DNA of 64,000 nucleotides. Source: Actinomycetota bacterium (GTDB taxonomy: Bacteria; Actinomycetota; Aquicultoria; Subteraquimicrobiales; UBA9087). Shown piece by piece: positions 19,806-29,722 of the stretch. The DNA lies in contig JASEEZ010000002.1 in NCBI GenBank assembly GCA_030019215.1, positions 12,081 through 76,080 of the forward strand, given 5' to 3'. The translations under genes and the position numbers were made by a program. The notes beneath the pieces were generated by a model. That model searched no databases. It was given only the letters and a program-made list of their open reading frames with translations, and was not told where the DNA came from. The number at the start of each line of letters is the position of its first letter. Positions within the stretch are counted from its first letter, which is position 1.

Positions 19806-21147
19806 GAGACATGGCACCAAAGGTTTCCATAACTACCCTAGGATGTGCCAAGAACATCGTAGAGACCGACTTCATCAAGAGCTCTCTGATAGAGAAAGGC
19901 TACTCAATCGTTTCTGATCCCGGTCAAGCCGAGGTCATTATCGTCAACACCTGCGGCTTCATCGAACCGGCCAAGCAGGAGGCGATAGATACCATCCTCG
20001 AGGTCTCCCGCTACAAAGAGTGTGGCAGATGCCAAGCGCTTATAGTCGTGGGTTGTCTGGCCCAAAGGTATCCAAAGGAATTGGGAAGGGAGTTACCCGA
20101 AATCGATGCCATAGTTGGGCTCTCCGCTCACTTAAGGCTTCCGGAGATTATTGAGACCACCCTCAAGGGTGAAAAAATAGCTGTCCATGATCTACCCCCC
20201 GAAGTTTACATTGAAATGCGGCGAAGGACTGCCTCCAATGGTCCCTCAGCTTACCTGCAGATAGCCGATGGGTGCAACAATCGCTGTTCCTATTGTGCTA
20301 TCCCTCTTATCAGGGGAAAGTATCACAGCAGAGCTATGGAATCTCTTCTTGAAGAGACTCGCTTTCTTCTCAAGCACGGTGTGAGAGAGACCAACTTAAT
20401 CGCTCAGGATATAACCCGGTATGGAATCGACCTCTGTGGGCGCTCAATGCTCGTCTCACTGGTACAGGAGCTCTCAAGGATGGACCGGCTTGAGTGGATC
20501 CGCCTGTTCTACATGCAGCCAAAGAACTTCTCCGATGAACTGCTCGCGGAGACGGCCCAAAACCCCAAAATCTGTCCCTATCTTGACTTGCCGTTTCAGC
20601 ATGCCAGCGAAAGGATTCTTAAGCGAATGAACCGCGGGGGAAGGAAAGAAGATTACCTGAAATTAATCGAGAGATTGCGGAACCGGATTCCCGACTTGGC
20701 CATCAGGACCACGGTCATCGTTGGTTTTCCGGAGAGAACAAGAGAGATTTCCGAAAACTTGCCTCCTTCATCAAGGAGGCAAGTTTCGATTACGTCGGCG
20801 TCTTCGAGTATTCCCCGGAAAAGGAAACGGACGCATATAAACTGGGAGATCGCGTTCCCAAGAGGATCGCAAAGGAAAGATACCACAAGCTGGTTGCTCT
20901 CGTCGACTCCATCGCCATGTCCAAAAATCGGGCTCTGGTGGGCGAAGAAGTGAATGTTCTAATAGAAAGACGGCTCCCGGGAACCAACTACAAATTTGAG
21001 GGACGGACCTCCCGACAGGCGCCGGAAATCGATGGTCAGGTTCTGATCGAAGCCGGTCGAGCGAAAGTGGGCGAGTTCGTGAAAGCTACAGTAACCGGCA
21101 CACAGGAATATGATTTGCTGGGAGAAATCACTAGCACACCAAAATAG
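19802..21147 (+). pseudogene. rimO: Ribosomal protein S12 methylthiotransferase RimO, interrupted by a 1-nt frameshift (G-run near 20729-20733)
   Basis: The MTTase N-domain, radical SAM core (CNNRCSYC) and TRAM domain are all present. After IVGFP the frame is lost. The +1 frame reads GENKRDFRKLASFIKEASFDYVGVFEYSPEKETDAYKLGD... and joins the TRAM ORF 20917..21147. Confidence 0.8.
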
Positions 21148-21284
21148 TGACCTTCTTTAGCACATAGCGAGCTGTTTACCGGGATGACGTTTTCGGTCCA
21201 CATCGCTATCTCGGCAGGGAAATCGGGCAAGATGGAGAATTAAAAGTTTTAGGGTTCTCCTGCTTGTTTGGGGAGAGGAAAAGC

Positions 21285-22412
21285 ATGACCATAAAAATCC
21301 TACATACGGGTGATCTTCACCTCGGAGCAAAATTCACCGGTCTAGGAGAGAAAGGCAAAGAACAACGCCTCCAGCTCCTTAAGACCTTCGAAAATGTGGT
21401 CAATCTCGCCATTGAGGAAAAAGTCCATCTCTTTCTCCTCGCCGGAGACCTATTCGATTCCAATTACCCCTCGAGGAGGACCCTGGATCGAGTATTACAC
21501 CTCTTCGGGGTGCTGCGGGAAGCAAATATTCCTGTCTGTCTCATCCCCGGTACTCATGATTGCTATGATGCCACTTCCATTTATCGGCGCTTTAACTTTC
21601 AGAAAGCAACCCCAAACCTGACCATCTTCACCGATAAGATCACCTCCAAAGTTTTTGAGAAGTTGAATCTTACGGTTTATGGGAGAGCGCTCACTGCAAA
21701 AGTCGTAAAAGAAAGCCCCCTTAAGGGTCTCTCTCTCCAAAAGGATACCGCTCTGCACATTGCCATGGTTCATGGATCTTTGGAGATCCCAGGGAAGGTG
21801 GAGCGAGATGGAGCAACATTTACCTCCCAAGAGATAGGGAAAAGCAAGATGAATTACATTGCCATGGGACACTGGCATTCCTACGGAGATTACTCCGTCC
21901 GTCAAACTAAAGCTTGTTACTGCGGTTCACCCGAAGCGATCGATGTTGACCAAAAGGGCTCCGGGAATGTTCTCCTCGTCACGATCAAGCCCGATGGCTC
22001 GGTGAAAGTCGAACCCCGGCGGGTTGGCCTACGCAATTACGAGGTCATGTGCATTAACGTAGATGCCATAACCAGCATCGGTGAAATCTTAGGGGCAATA
22101 AAAGCCAAGGCCGACCTCAACCTTATACTCGGAGTCAAACTTCAAGGATTATGCAGTTTTGATCTCGAGATCGACATCCAGGAGCTTGAACAAGAACTAG
22201 AGCCCCTTTTCTTCCGCCTGAGAGTGATCAATGAATCTCACCCCAAGTTGGAGGAGATAGCCACCGAAGATTTTCCGAAGAATATGGTCATAGGTAGATT
22301 CATCCGCCTGATGCAAGAGAAAATTAAGGAGTCCGCCGGAGAGGAAAGGGAGACCGCCGAAGAGGCTTTCAGGCTGGGGGTAGCCCTCCTCAAGGGCAAA
22401 GAGGTGTTATAG
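21285..22412 (+). CDS. sbcD: SbcD/Mre11-like DNA repair exonuclease (calcineurin-like phosphoesterase)
   Basis: Motifs ILHTGDLHLG, LLAGDLFD and GTHD. An RBS GGAGAGG precedes the ATG at 21285, so the ORF track start at 21264 is probably too early. Confidence 0.8.
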   Translation: MTIKILHTGDLHLGAKFTGLGEKGKEQRLQLLKTFENVVNLAIEEKVHLFLLAGDLFDSNYPSRRTLDRVLHLFGVLREANIPVCLIPGTHDCYDATSIYRRFNFQKATPNLTIFTDKITSKVFEKLNLTVYGRALTAKVVKESPLKGLSLQKDTALHIAMVHGSLEIPGKVERDGATFTSQEIGKSKMNYIAMGHWHSYGDYSVRQTKACYCGSPEAIDVDQKGSGNVLLVTIKPDGSVKVEPRRVGLRNYEVMCINVDAITSIGEILGAIKAKADLNLILGVKLQGLCSFDLEIDIQELEQELEPLFFRLRVINESHPKLEEIATEDFPKNMVIGRFIRLMQEKIKESAGEERETAEEAFRLGVALLKGKEVL

Positions 22413-24551
22413 GTGATCATTAAGAGAATTCAGCTACGGCGATTTAAAAAATTTAAGACCCTGGAGATGGGGTTTTCACCGGGCATTAATGTTATCAAGG
22501 GGCCAAACGAGGCTGGAAAGTCCACTCTCCACACGGCCATAATCGCCGGGCTTTTCTTCAACCCCCATCACACTCGGGCGGAGATAAAGGGTTGTCTCTC
22601 CTGGGGCTCAGATCGCATGTATGAGATTGGCATGGAGGTGAAAGAAGACAACTCAAGCTACATCCTTCGCAAGGACTTTGAGACGAAAAAAATCCATCTC
22701 TCCGGCAGCGATCTACGAGAGGAGATCGTCGATCCCGCGAGAGTTGCTGGAAAGGTCAGAGAGTGGTTGGGTCTCAGCTCCGCAACAGCCTTTAAGAGCA
22801 CAGCCTGCATTCAGCAGGACAAAATCTCCCAAATCGCAAAAGGAGAAAAAGAAATAGGAGATAGTCTACAGGCGATCATAACCGGCGAAGATGAAGCAAG
22901 CGCCTCATCGGCCCTGGACAAATTGAGGAAAGCCACGGCAAACCTCACCAAGGGCCTGGAAAGGGTGACCAGATATCCCGGTGAGATTCAGAGGACAATG
23001 GCTCTCATCGATGAGCTAAACGGAGAGCGCGAGGGGCTGCAGCAGGAGGTAAATGAGGTTAAGAACGCTAGCACCAGACTTTTTGGGGTGGAGCAAGAAC
23101 TCGAAAAAGTCGTCTCAGAGTTCTCGACCAAGGTAAACCTGAAAGAAAAGAACGAGAAGAGACAAAAACTTCGTAAAGAGCTAGGTGACATCGAACACCG
23201 TTACCAGGAGATTCAGCGCGCTTTTGGCATTGCTAAGGACATAGAAGAACTCGACGCCGAGCTTGTTCCCTATAGCTCCTTCTTCGACATCCAGGATGAA
23301 GATATGGGCGCTTTTCACACTCTCCTGGGCAATAAGCAGTCATATGAGCAGACGCGAGAATCCCTACAGAAGCAACTGGAACAACCTCTACCCACTCCAC
23401 CCGTTGAGCCCGAACCCGAGCCCGCTTCCAGATATCTCCTAATCGTGGGGGCGGTTCTCCTGGTCTTGGGCATAGTTGGGGCTTTCTTCTCCAGATTCAT
23501 GCCAATACTCGCCGTCGTCGGCCTGGGATTGGCCGGTTACGGGCTATTAAAAGCGAGGCCCCCAAGACCAATTGATCCAGCATTTCTATTCGAGCGAATG
23601 AAAGGTCAGTTAGCTCGAATTGAAACGGAACTCCTCGGGGTTGAGCAAAATATCAAATACTTTCTCTCCAGAACCGGGTGTGAAACTTCAACTGCGTGCC
23701 TTGAAGAGTACGAGAAATACAAACCCCTTCGAGCCAAGAAAGCAGCCAAAAAAAGTGAATTGACCGGCATCTTGGGTGAGAAAAATCTCAAAGATCTAGA
23801 AATAGAATCGAGAGCTTTGGCACTGGACAGGAACGCCAAAAAGGAGGAGTGGGAGAGCCTTGAGTCGATAGCTCTCGAACCAGAACAATTTCAAAGACTC
23901 CTTGAGGAGATAGGGGTTTTAACGGAGAGGAAAGAAAGGCTAAGCGACGAGAAAAAGGAGCTTGAGATCACCATCTCTAAAGCCAGAGCTACCCCCGAAG
24001 ATATAGCCGCGATAGAGGAAAGGCTGTCCGATCTGGAGCAAAGACTTGCCTTCTTCGAGAGACGCCGCAAGATTTATGAATTGACCTTTGAGGTCTTGGA
24101 TAAAGCCAGAAAGGCCAGCTGGCGTGCGGCCACAAAGGTTCTGGAGGAAGAGATCGCTAAGCATATAAGTAGGGTAACCGATGGCAGATACGAGAGCGCA
24201 AAGGTGGACGAGGAAACGCTGAGTTTCTTCGTTTACTCTCCCGAAAAAGAGAATTATGTTAAGGCGGAGGAGCTGAGTCGAGCAACCATCGATCAGATTT
24301 ATCTGGCTGCTCGCCTGGGCCTCGTCAGGCTCATCACAGGAGACAAAAAATCACCACTACTCTTCGATGACCCATTTGTGACTTTCGATGACAAGAGATT
24401 GGAAAGCACAATGAAGATGGTCAAAGAGATATCCAAAGAGTACCAAATTCTCTTATTTACTTGCGAAAATAAATACGACGTTTATGCCGATAAGGTCCTT
24501 GATCTAACAAAGATAGATGTTGCTCCCGCGCAGACAAGTCTGCTGATCTAA
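22413..24551 (+). CDS. SbcC/YhaN-like AAA (SMC-like) ATPase with a central membrane hairpin
   Basis: GTG start abutting the sbcD stop. Walker A GPNEAGKST, long coiled coils, the TM hairpin LLIVGAVLLVLGIVGAFF...ILAVVGLGLAGYGLL, and a C-terminal signature/D-loop (LLFDDPF). This is the B. subtilis YhaN(SbcE)/YhaO arrangement. Confidence 0.8.
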   Translation: MIIKRIQLRRFKKFKTLEMGFSPGINVIKGPNEAGKSTLHTAIIAGLFFNPHHTRAEIKGCLSWGSDRMYEIGMEVKEDNSSYILRKDFETKKIHLSGSDLREEIVDPARVAGKVREWLGLSSATAFKSTACIQQDKISQIAKGEKEIGDSLQAIITGEDEASASSALDKLRKATANLTKGLERVTRYPGEIQRTMALIDELNGEREGLQQEVNEVKNASTRLFGVEQELEKVVSEFSTKVNLKEKNEKRQKLRKELGDIEHRYQEIQRAFGIAKDIEELDAELVPYSSFFDIQDEDMGAFHTLLGNKQSYEQTRESLQKQLEQPLPTPPVEPEPEPASRYLLIVGAVLLVLGIVGAFFSRFMPILAVVGLGLAGYGLLKARPPRPIDPAFLFERMKGQLARIETELLGVEQNIKYFLSRTGCETSTACLEEYEKYKPLRAKKAAKKSELTGILGEKNLKDLEIESRALALDRNAKKEEWESLESIALEPEQFQRLLEEIGVLTERKERLSDEKKELEITISKARATPEDIAAIEERLSDLEQRLAFFERRRKIYELTFEVLDKARKASWRAATKVLEEEIAKHISRVTDGRYESAKVDEETLSFFVYSPEKENYVKAEELSRATIDQIYLAARLGLVRLITGDKKSPLLFDDPFVTFDDKRLESTMKMVKEISKEYQILLFTCENKYDVYADKVLDLTKIDVAPAQTSLLI

Positions 24552-24659
24552 GCATAAGTTCCATTTTTTAAACGAGCGGCTCCTTATCAACTTCTGCAAG
24601 GGAAAATAACAGGTCATGGAGAATTATCTAAGTGGAAATGTTTTAACGGGAGGTGGAAA

Positions 24660-25130
24660 ATGACCGCAGGAGAGGGAGAAAGGAAAATAGAAAAGATTCT
24701 TTATCCTACCGATGGCTCAACGACAGCCGGGAGGGCAATGCACTTTGCTGTCTATATAGCCAAGGCAACCAGGGCGAAGATAATAGTCCTCAGCGTGGGT
24801 GAGCTGCCCTTTCTTCATGGTGCTCAATCCGGTTTGGAGAGCCAGGTAAGCAGCCAGATTAAGAGAGTGGCTCAAGATGTCGCCCGCAAGGCCAAGAGAG
24901 AAGTAGCCGGGTATGGCATAGAGGCCCAAGAGCGAACCGAAATAGGTGATCCAGCTGGAAAGATAGTCGAGGTGGCAAAGAAAGAAAAGGTCGACGCGAT
25001 AGTCATGGGCACTCAGGGAACGACTGGGCTTGCCCGTGTAATTATCGGTAGTGTGGCCGATAGGGTTATCAGGGAAGCGGACTGCCCCGTTATCCTCGTT
25101 CCCTTGAAGGGCGCCCGCACCCTTTTCTAA
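24660..25130 (+). CDS. Universal stress protein (UspA family)
   Basis: A 156-aa ORF with the typical Usp ATP-binding C-terminus GTQGTTGLARVIIGSVADRVIREADCPVILV. Confidence 0.8.
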   Translation: MTAGEGERKIEKILYPTDGSTTAGRAMHFAVYIAKATRAKIIVLSVGELPFLHGAQSGLESQVSSQIKRVAQDVARKAKREVAGYGIEAQERTEIGDPAGKIVEVAKKEKVDAIVMGTQGTTGLARVIIGSVADRVIREADCPVILVPLKGARTLF

Positions 25131-25195
25131 ATAGAGGTTACCAACAATCGGTGTCTTAATGTCACGGACGAAGGAGCTTTTACGGACAACGGAGG

Positions 25196-27628
25196 TTGAC
25201 TATGGCGGGGGGTATTAAGGATCTTGAGCTGTCCTTGGATCAGCTCAAGAAATATTGCGATTACACCCAATTTGACTTCAAGACCACCAAAGAAGTGTCT
25301 CCTCTGGAGGAGACCGTGGGTCAAGATCGAGCGGTGGACGCCCTCGAGTTCGGCGTGCACATGGAAATCCATGGCTTCAATATCTATGTAGCCGGCCCTG
25401 TGGGCACCGGTAAGAGTTTCGCCACAAAGGCTTTCGTACAAAAGGCAGCCAAGGAGAAGAAAGTTCCCTCCGACTGGTGTTATGTCTATAACTTTTCAGA
25501 TCCCCGTCAACCCCGAGCCATCGAGCTTCCACCGGGCAAGGGACAGGTGTTTGCAAAGGAGATGGACGAGCTCATAAAGTATTGCAGGATAGAGATACCT
25601 AAGGTCTTTGAAAGCGAGGAATACGAAAGACGAAAAGAGCTCGTTTTGAACAAGATTCAGTCAAAGCGCGATGCCCTCCTCTCCCAAGCTAAAGAGAGAG
25701 CGAAGAAAATGGGATTTAAGGTCCAGGTAACCACCGCTGGGATAATCATCATGCCCGTAGTCAAGGGCAAGCCACTCAAGAGAGAAGAGTATGAAAAGTT
25801 ACCTGAAGTGGATAAGAGGGAGATACGGCAGAAGAGCAAGGAACTGGAGGAGGAGATAAACCAAGCTTGGAAGCAGGTGAGGGCCCTGGAAAGGGAAGCC
25901 GATCTTACGGCGAAGGACCTCGATAGGGAGATGGCCCTATTCGCTGTGGGCCATCTCCTGGAGGCCCTCAAGAAGAAGTATAAGGAACATCCCAAAATAA
26001 GTGAGTACTTGGAGGGCGTGGAGCGGGATATCATCGAACACCTTGAGGACTTCAAGAGCGAGAAAAAGGTGCCCTTTGTTATCCCTGGCATAGAGATTCC
26101 ATTTGAACCATCGTTTGATAGATACAGGGTGAATGTGGTCGTAAATAATGCTGAGACCCAAGGTGCTCCAGTGATCATAGAAACCAACCCTACCTATTAC
26201 AACCTATTCGGAGGAATCGAATATCAAGCTCGTTTGGGAGCCATGGTCACCGACTTCACCATGATTAAAGGAGGCGCCATACACCGGGCCAATGGCGGAT
26301 ATTTAATCGTCCGAGTCTGGGATGTGCTCACAAATTTCATGGTTTGGGATGCTCTGAAGAGAACTCTTCGAAGCCGATTGGCGTTCATTGAGAATATCGG
26401 TGAGCAGTTCAGGGTAATACCGACGGTGGTCTTAAAGCCCGAGCCCATTCCCATCGATGTGAAGGTTGTCCTAATGGGAAACCGCCTGCTTTACTACTTG
26501 TTATACCAGCTGGATGAGGACTTCAGAAAGTTATTTAAGGTCAAAGCCGATTTCGATGTAGAGATGGACCGCAACGACGAGAGTATCCGCAAGTACGTCG
26601 CCTTCATCGGCGCTCGCTGTAGGGAAGAGAGTTTGAGACACTTCGATCGAAAGGCCGTAGCCAAGGTGGTAGAATACGGTGCCCGGGTCGCCGAAGACAA
26701 GGAAAAACTCTCCACCCGATTCATGGAGATATCTGATCTTCTCAGCGAGGCAAATTTCTGGGCAAAGCAAGACGGCAACGAATATGTCACAGGGGAGGAC
26801 GTCGAAAGGGCCTTAGAAAAGAAGTTCTATCGCTCTAACATGATTGAAAAAAAGATCCAGGAACTAATCGAGGATGGAACTCTTTTGATCGACACCGAAG
26901 GGGAAGCTCTGGGCCAGGTGAACGGGATTTCTCTCCTCGATCTCGGGGATTATGTCTTTGGGAAACCTAGCAGGATAACCGCCAGAGTTTCCACAGGTAA
27001 AGCCGGCGTAATAAACATAGAAAGAGAGGCCAAGATGAGCGGCCGCATTCACAGCAAGGGTGTGATGATCCTGAGCGGTTATTTGAGCGGCAAATATGCT
27101 CTGGATAAACCCCTCTCAGTATCCGCAAGCCTCTGTTTTGAACAGTCATACGAGGAGGTGGAAGGAGATAGCGCATCCAGCGCTGAGCTCTATGCCATTC
27201 TATCCAGCCTTGCCGATCTAACCTTGAAACAGGAGATAGCGGTGACCGGTTCGGTCAATCAGAGAGGAGAGATTCAGCCTGTTGGAGGAATAAATCAAAA
27301 GGTCGAGGGGTTCTTTGACACGTGTAAAGTCAAGGGGCTAACCGGCAATCAAGGGGTAATGATCCCTCGTCGCAATATCAGGAATCTCATGTTGAGGGAT
27401 GAAGTCGTCCAAGCAATAAAGAATGGCAAATTTCACATCTGGGGAATGGGTACCATTGATGAGGGAATTGAACTACTGACCGGAGTAGAGGCTGGTGAGC
27501 GCCGGCCGGACGGCACTTATCCCGAGGGAACGGTGAATTACAGAGTCAATAAGAGACTTCGCGAGATGGCGCAACAGCTTAAAGAATTTGGGGGAAAGGA
27601 AACCGAAAACAAAAAACAAGAAAATTAA
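25196..27628 (+). CDS. Lon-like ATP-dependent protease (AAA+ with large helical insertion plus S16 Lon protease domain; LonB/LonC-like)
   Basis: Walker A GPVGTGKS, a long inserted coiled-coil region, and a Lon proteolytic domain with a Ser-Lys dyad context (GDSASSAELYAILSSL...TGSVNQRGEIQPVGGINQKVEG). Confidence 0.8.
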   Translation: MTMAGGIKDLELSLDQLKKYCDYTQFDFKTTKEVSPLEETVGQDRAVDALEFGVHMEIHGFNIYVAGPVGTGKSFATKAFVQKAAKEKKVPSDWCYVYNFSDPRQPRAIELPPGKGQVFAKEMDELIKYCRIEIPKVFESEEYERRKELVLNKIQSKRDALLSQAKERAKKMGFKVQVTTAGIIIMPVVKGKPLKREEYEKLPEVDKREIRQKSKELEEEINQAWKQVRALEREADLTAKDLDREMALFAVGHLLEALKKKYKEHPKISEYLEGVERDIIEHLEDFKSEKKVPFVIPGIEIPFEPSFDRYRVNVVVNNAETQGAPVIIETNPTYYNLFGGIEYQARLGAMVTDFTMIKGGAIHRANGGYLIVRVWDVLTNFMVWDALKRTLRSRLAFIENIGEQFRVIPTVVLKPEPIPIDVKVVLMGNRLLYYLLYQLDEDFRKLFKVKADFDVEMDRNDESIRKYVAFIGARCREESLRHFDRKAVAKVVEYGARVAEDKEKLSTRFMEISDLLSEANFWAKQDGNEYVTGEDVERALEKKFYRSNMIEKKIQELIEDGTLLIDTEGEALGQVNGISLLDLGDYVFGKPSRITARVSTGKAGVINIEREAKMSGRIHSKGVMILSGYLSGKYALDKPLSVSASLCFEQSYEEVEGDSASSAELYAILSSLADLTLKQEIAVTGSVNQRGEIQPVGGINQKVEGFFDTCKVKGLTGNQGVMIPRRNIRNLMLRDEVVQAIKNGKFHIWGMGTIDEGIELLTGVEAGERRPDGTYPEGTVNYRVNKRLREMAQQLKEFGGKETENKKQEN

Positions 27629-28088
27629 CCCCCTCGGGTCGGAACCTCTCAGGTCGGAACCTTCCGGGGTGAGACCCTACAGGGTGAGACCCGCCATCGG
27701 CGGGGTAAGTTTCAGTATCAAGTTTGATATTTCAGGAGACTCTGGGGGCTTTTACGGGTAGAGTTGTTCGCCGCTCCATCCTCTTTATCGTCTCACAAAC
27801 ATCGTTGAAGCCCAGGGCTTTGATGGTGCAAGATTGACAATTTTCTGTGTCTCCGCTCCGGAAGCAATCCTTTATCATTCGTTGAATCAGAAGACTATAG
27901 GGTAGAAAATCGGCGGGCGGAATAGATATTCCCGTCTTAAATCTGGCCTTCTTCACCACAAATTTCACCCTTTTATTTTAATTATATACCTTCACACTGT
28001 TAGAGGGTAGCCCCTCAAATGGGGTGAACAGGCCAAATTACAAATAAATACCGGTAAAGCCAATATAAACTGGAAAGGAGGGATAAAA

Positions 28089-28388
28089 ATGGCCCTGATG
28101 GAGATAAGTGTAGTCCCGATCGGAACGCCCACGCCCAGCATCGGAGATTACATCGCCGAAGTTGTCAGGATGCTCGAGCAAGAGGGAGCAAAGTTCAAGC
28201 TCACCGACATGGGCACGATCATCGAGGGGAATGTCGAGGAGATTCTCGCCCTGGCAAGAAAGCTTCACGAAACACCCTTTACAAGGGGGATTCAGAGAGT
28301 AATAACAACCATCGAGATCGATGATCGCCGGGACAAGAAGGTAAACATAGAGGACAAGGTTAAATCAGTTATGGCCAGGCTCAGGTAA
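28089..28388 (+). CDS. MTH1187/YkoF-family protein (DUF77)
   Basis: A 99-aa ORF, MALMEISVVPIG...GDYIAEVVRMLEQEG...LTDMGTIIEG, with a strong RBS GGAAAGGAGGG. Confidence 0.75.
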   Translation: MALMEISVVPIGTPTPSIGDYIAEVVRMLEQEGAKFKLTDMGTIIEGNVEEILALARKLHETPFTRGIQRVITTIEIDDRRDKKVNIEDKVKSVMARLR

Positions 28389-28484
28389 CGCAAGCGTACG
28401 AAGGATGAATGGTGTAAATTTTTGGCAAAAGACATGGTGGGAGGTATAATATAGGTGTAAGCGAGCTTCTGGTAACTGCGGGGA

Positions 28485-28997
28485 ATGAGGATGTATCGCA
28501 TCGGCAGTAAAGTTTCTTACCCCTATTATGGAGTGGGAACGATCGAGGGCATCGTCACCAGGAATTTTCGGGGCGAGAAAGGGGAATATTATGTTATCTC
28601 CTTTCCTGAGGATTCTCTGAAACTAATGGTTCCCGTGGGCAAAGCAAAAGAAGTGGGATTGAGGAGAGTAATACCCTCAAAGAGAGTGGGAGAGGTTTTG
28701 GGTGCTCTCAAAAAAAGAGCGGGGGAGCCGCCCAAAAATATAAAAACCATAACCCCCGCTCGCTGCCTTGAGAAATTAGAGAGCCCCGACGTTCTTCAAG
28801 TAGCAGAGATCACTTCGGACCTCCTATACAAGAAAGAGGAAAGAGGACTAAGTTGGGCACAGAGAGAATTATTAAAGAGAGGCCTCCATATACTGGGCGA
28901 TGAGATAGCCCAAGCCAGGCACATCAAGAAAACAAGGGCACGAAAGCTAATACTCGAGTCCTGGAGGGAAGGATTAACAAAGAAAAAGGCTTCTTGA
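28485..28997 (+). CDS. carD: CarD/CdnL-family RNAP-binding transcription regulator
   Basis: An N-terminal Tudor-like RNAP-interacting domain (YRIGSKVSYPYYGVGTIEGI...GEYYVISFPEDSLKLMVPVGKAKEVGLRRV) followed by a C-terminal helical domain. Confidence 0.8.
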   Translation: MRMYRIGSKVSYPYYGVGTIEGIVTRNFRGEKGEYYVISFPEDSLKLMVPVGKAKEVGLRRVIPSKRVGEVLGALKKRAGEPPKNIKTITPARCLEKLESPDVLQVAEITSDLLYKKEERGLSWAQRELLKRGLHILGDEIAQARHIKKTRARKLILESWREGLTKKKAS

Positions 28998-29233
28998 ATG
29001 CATGTTTTATCCCTGAGCAAAAAGCCACGTCTCCGTAGCTTTTTGCTCTTGTAAGAGGCCCTAATACATAAACTGTATTATTAACAAGATGGGTTGACAC
29101 TATGGTCGGGGTGAAGTGCTCCCTCGAATGTCTAAAGTGTAAACCTAACTCGTTAATAGTCCACATAAACACAACAAAGGAAATATAAAGAAGACGCAGA
29201 ATATTTTAATGATTCAGATAGAACCGGTGAAGA

Positions 29234-29713
29234 ATGGGGGCAAAAATGTATTTTGAGAATAAGGCAATCGGGAAAATAAAAGCAACCCTCGCAATCATCT
29301 TCCTCGTGCTGTTAACGCTTGGCCTCACGTTGCCAGAAACAGCGTGGGCTCGAACCAATGCGCATAAGTCTACTGTTTTGGCCAGCTTAGAGAACATCCC
29401 AGAGTCTTCTCACGAAGCAACGGTGGAAGAAGCAGAGACCCATGAAATCGAAGAACATGAGACAGAAGAACATGAGACAGAAGAACATGAAGTAGAAGAA
29501 ACTAAAGTGCATGAACCACATGAAATAAAAGGGACAGAGATCCATGAGCCAGAAGCCGAGGAGCACGGGGAAGAAGAGCATGAAATGGCGGAACCAACCG
29601 GAGGTCTTTTGTCCCTGGGAGATATTGCGCTTGCCGCTGCGATCTCTGTTCTCATCGTACTGGCCTGGAAGATACTGGAGCAATATGGCAAAAGGGTCAA
29701 GGTCAGGGGATAA
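29234..29713 (+). CDS. Hypothetical membrane protein with N- and C-terminal TM helices and a central His/Glu-rich repeat region
   Basis: An N-terminal signal/TM helix (ATLAIIFLVLLTLGLTL), the repeats HEIEEHETEEHETEEHEVEETKVHEPHEIKGTEIHEPEAEEHGEEEHE, and a C-terminal TM helix. I recognise no family. Confidence 0.5.
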   Translation: MGAKMYFENKAIGKIKATLAIIFLVLLTLGLTLPETAWARTNAHKSTVLASLENIPESSHEATVEEAETHEIEEHETEEHETEEHEVEETKVHEPHEIKGTEIHEPEAEEHGEEEHEMAEPTGGLLSLGDIALAAAISVLIVLAWKILEQYGKRVKVRG

Positions 29714-29722
29714 CTGAGGCGA

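Noticed and set aside
25196-27628. BrxL (BREX) identity for the Lon-like protease
   Set aside because: No BrxA/B/C/PglX/PglZ homologues or other defence genes are adjacent. The neighbours are DNA repair, Usp and housekeeping genes. I therefore treated it as LonC/COG1067-type.
27732-27968. Cys-containing 78-aa minus-strand ORF in the Lon-ykoF spacer
   Set aside because: The GTG start has no usable Shine-Dalgarno sequence (AAAGG directly abutting). It has no recognisable domain, and it lies in a probable promoter/UTR region.
27700-28088. Possible TPP or other riboswitch upstream of the YkoF/MTH1187-family gene
   Set aside because: I found no CUGAGA / ACCUGAUCUGGAUAAUGCCAGCG-type conserved elements or other riboswitch cores by eye. 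It remains unsupported without a covariance-model search.
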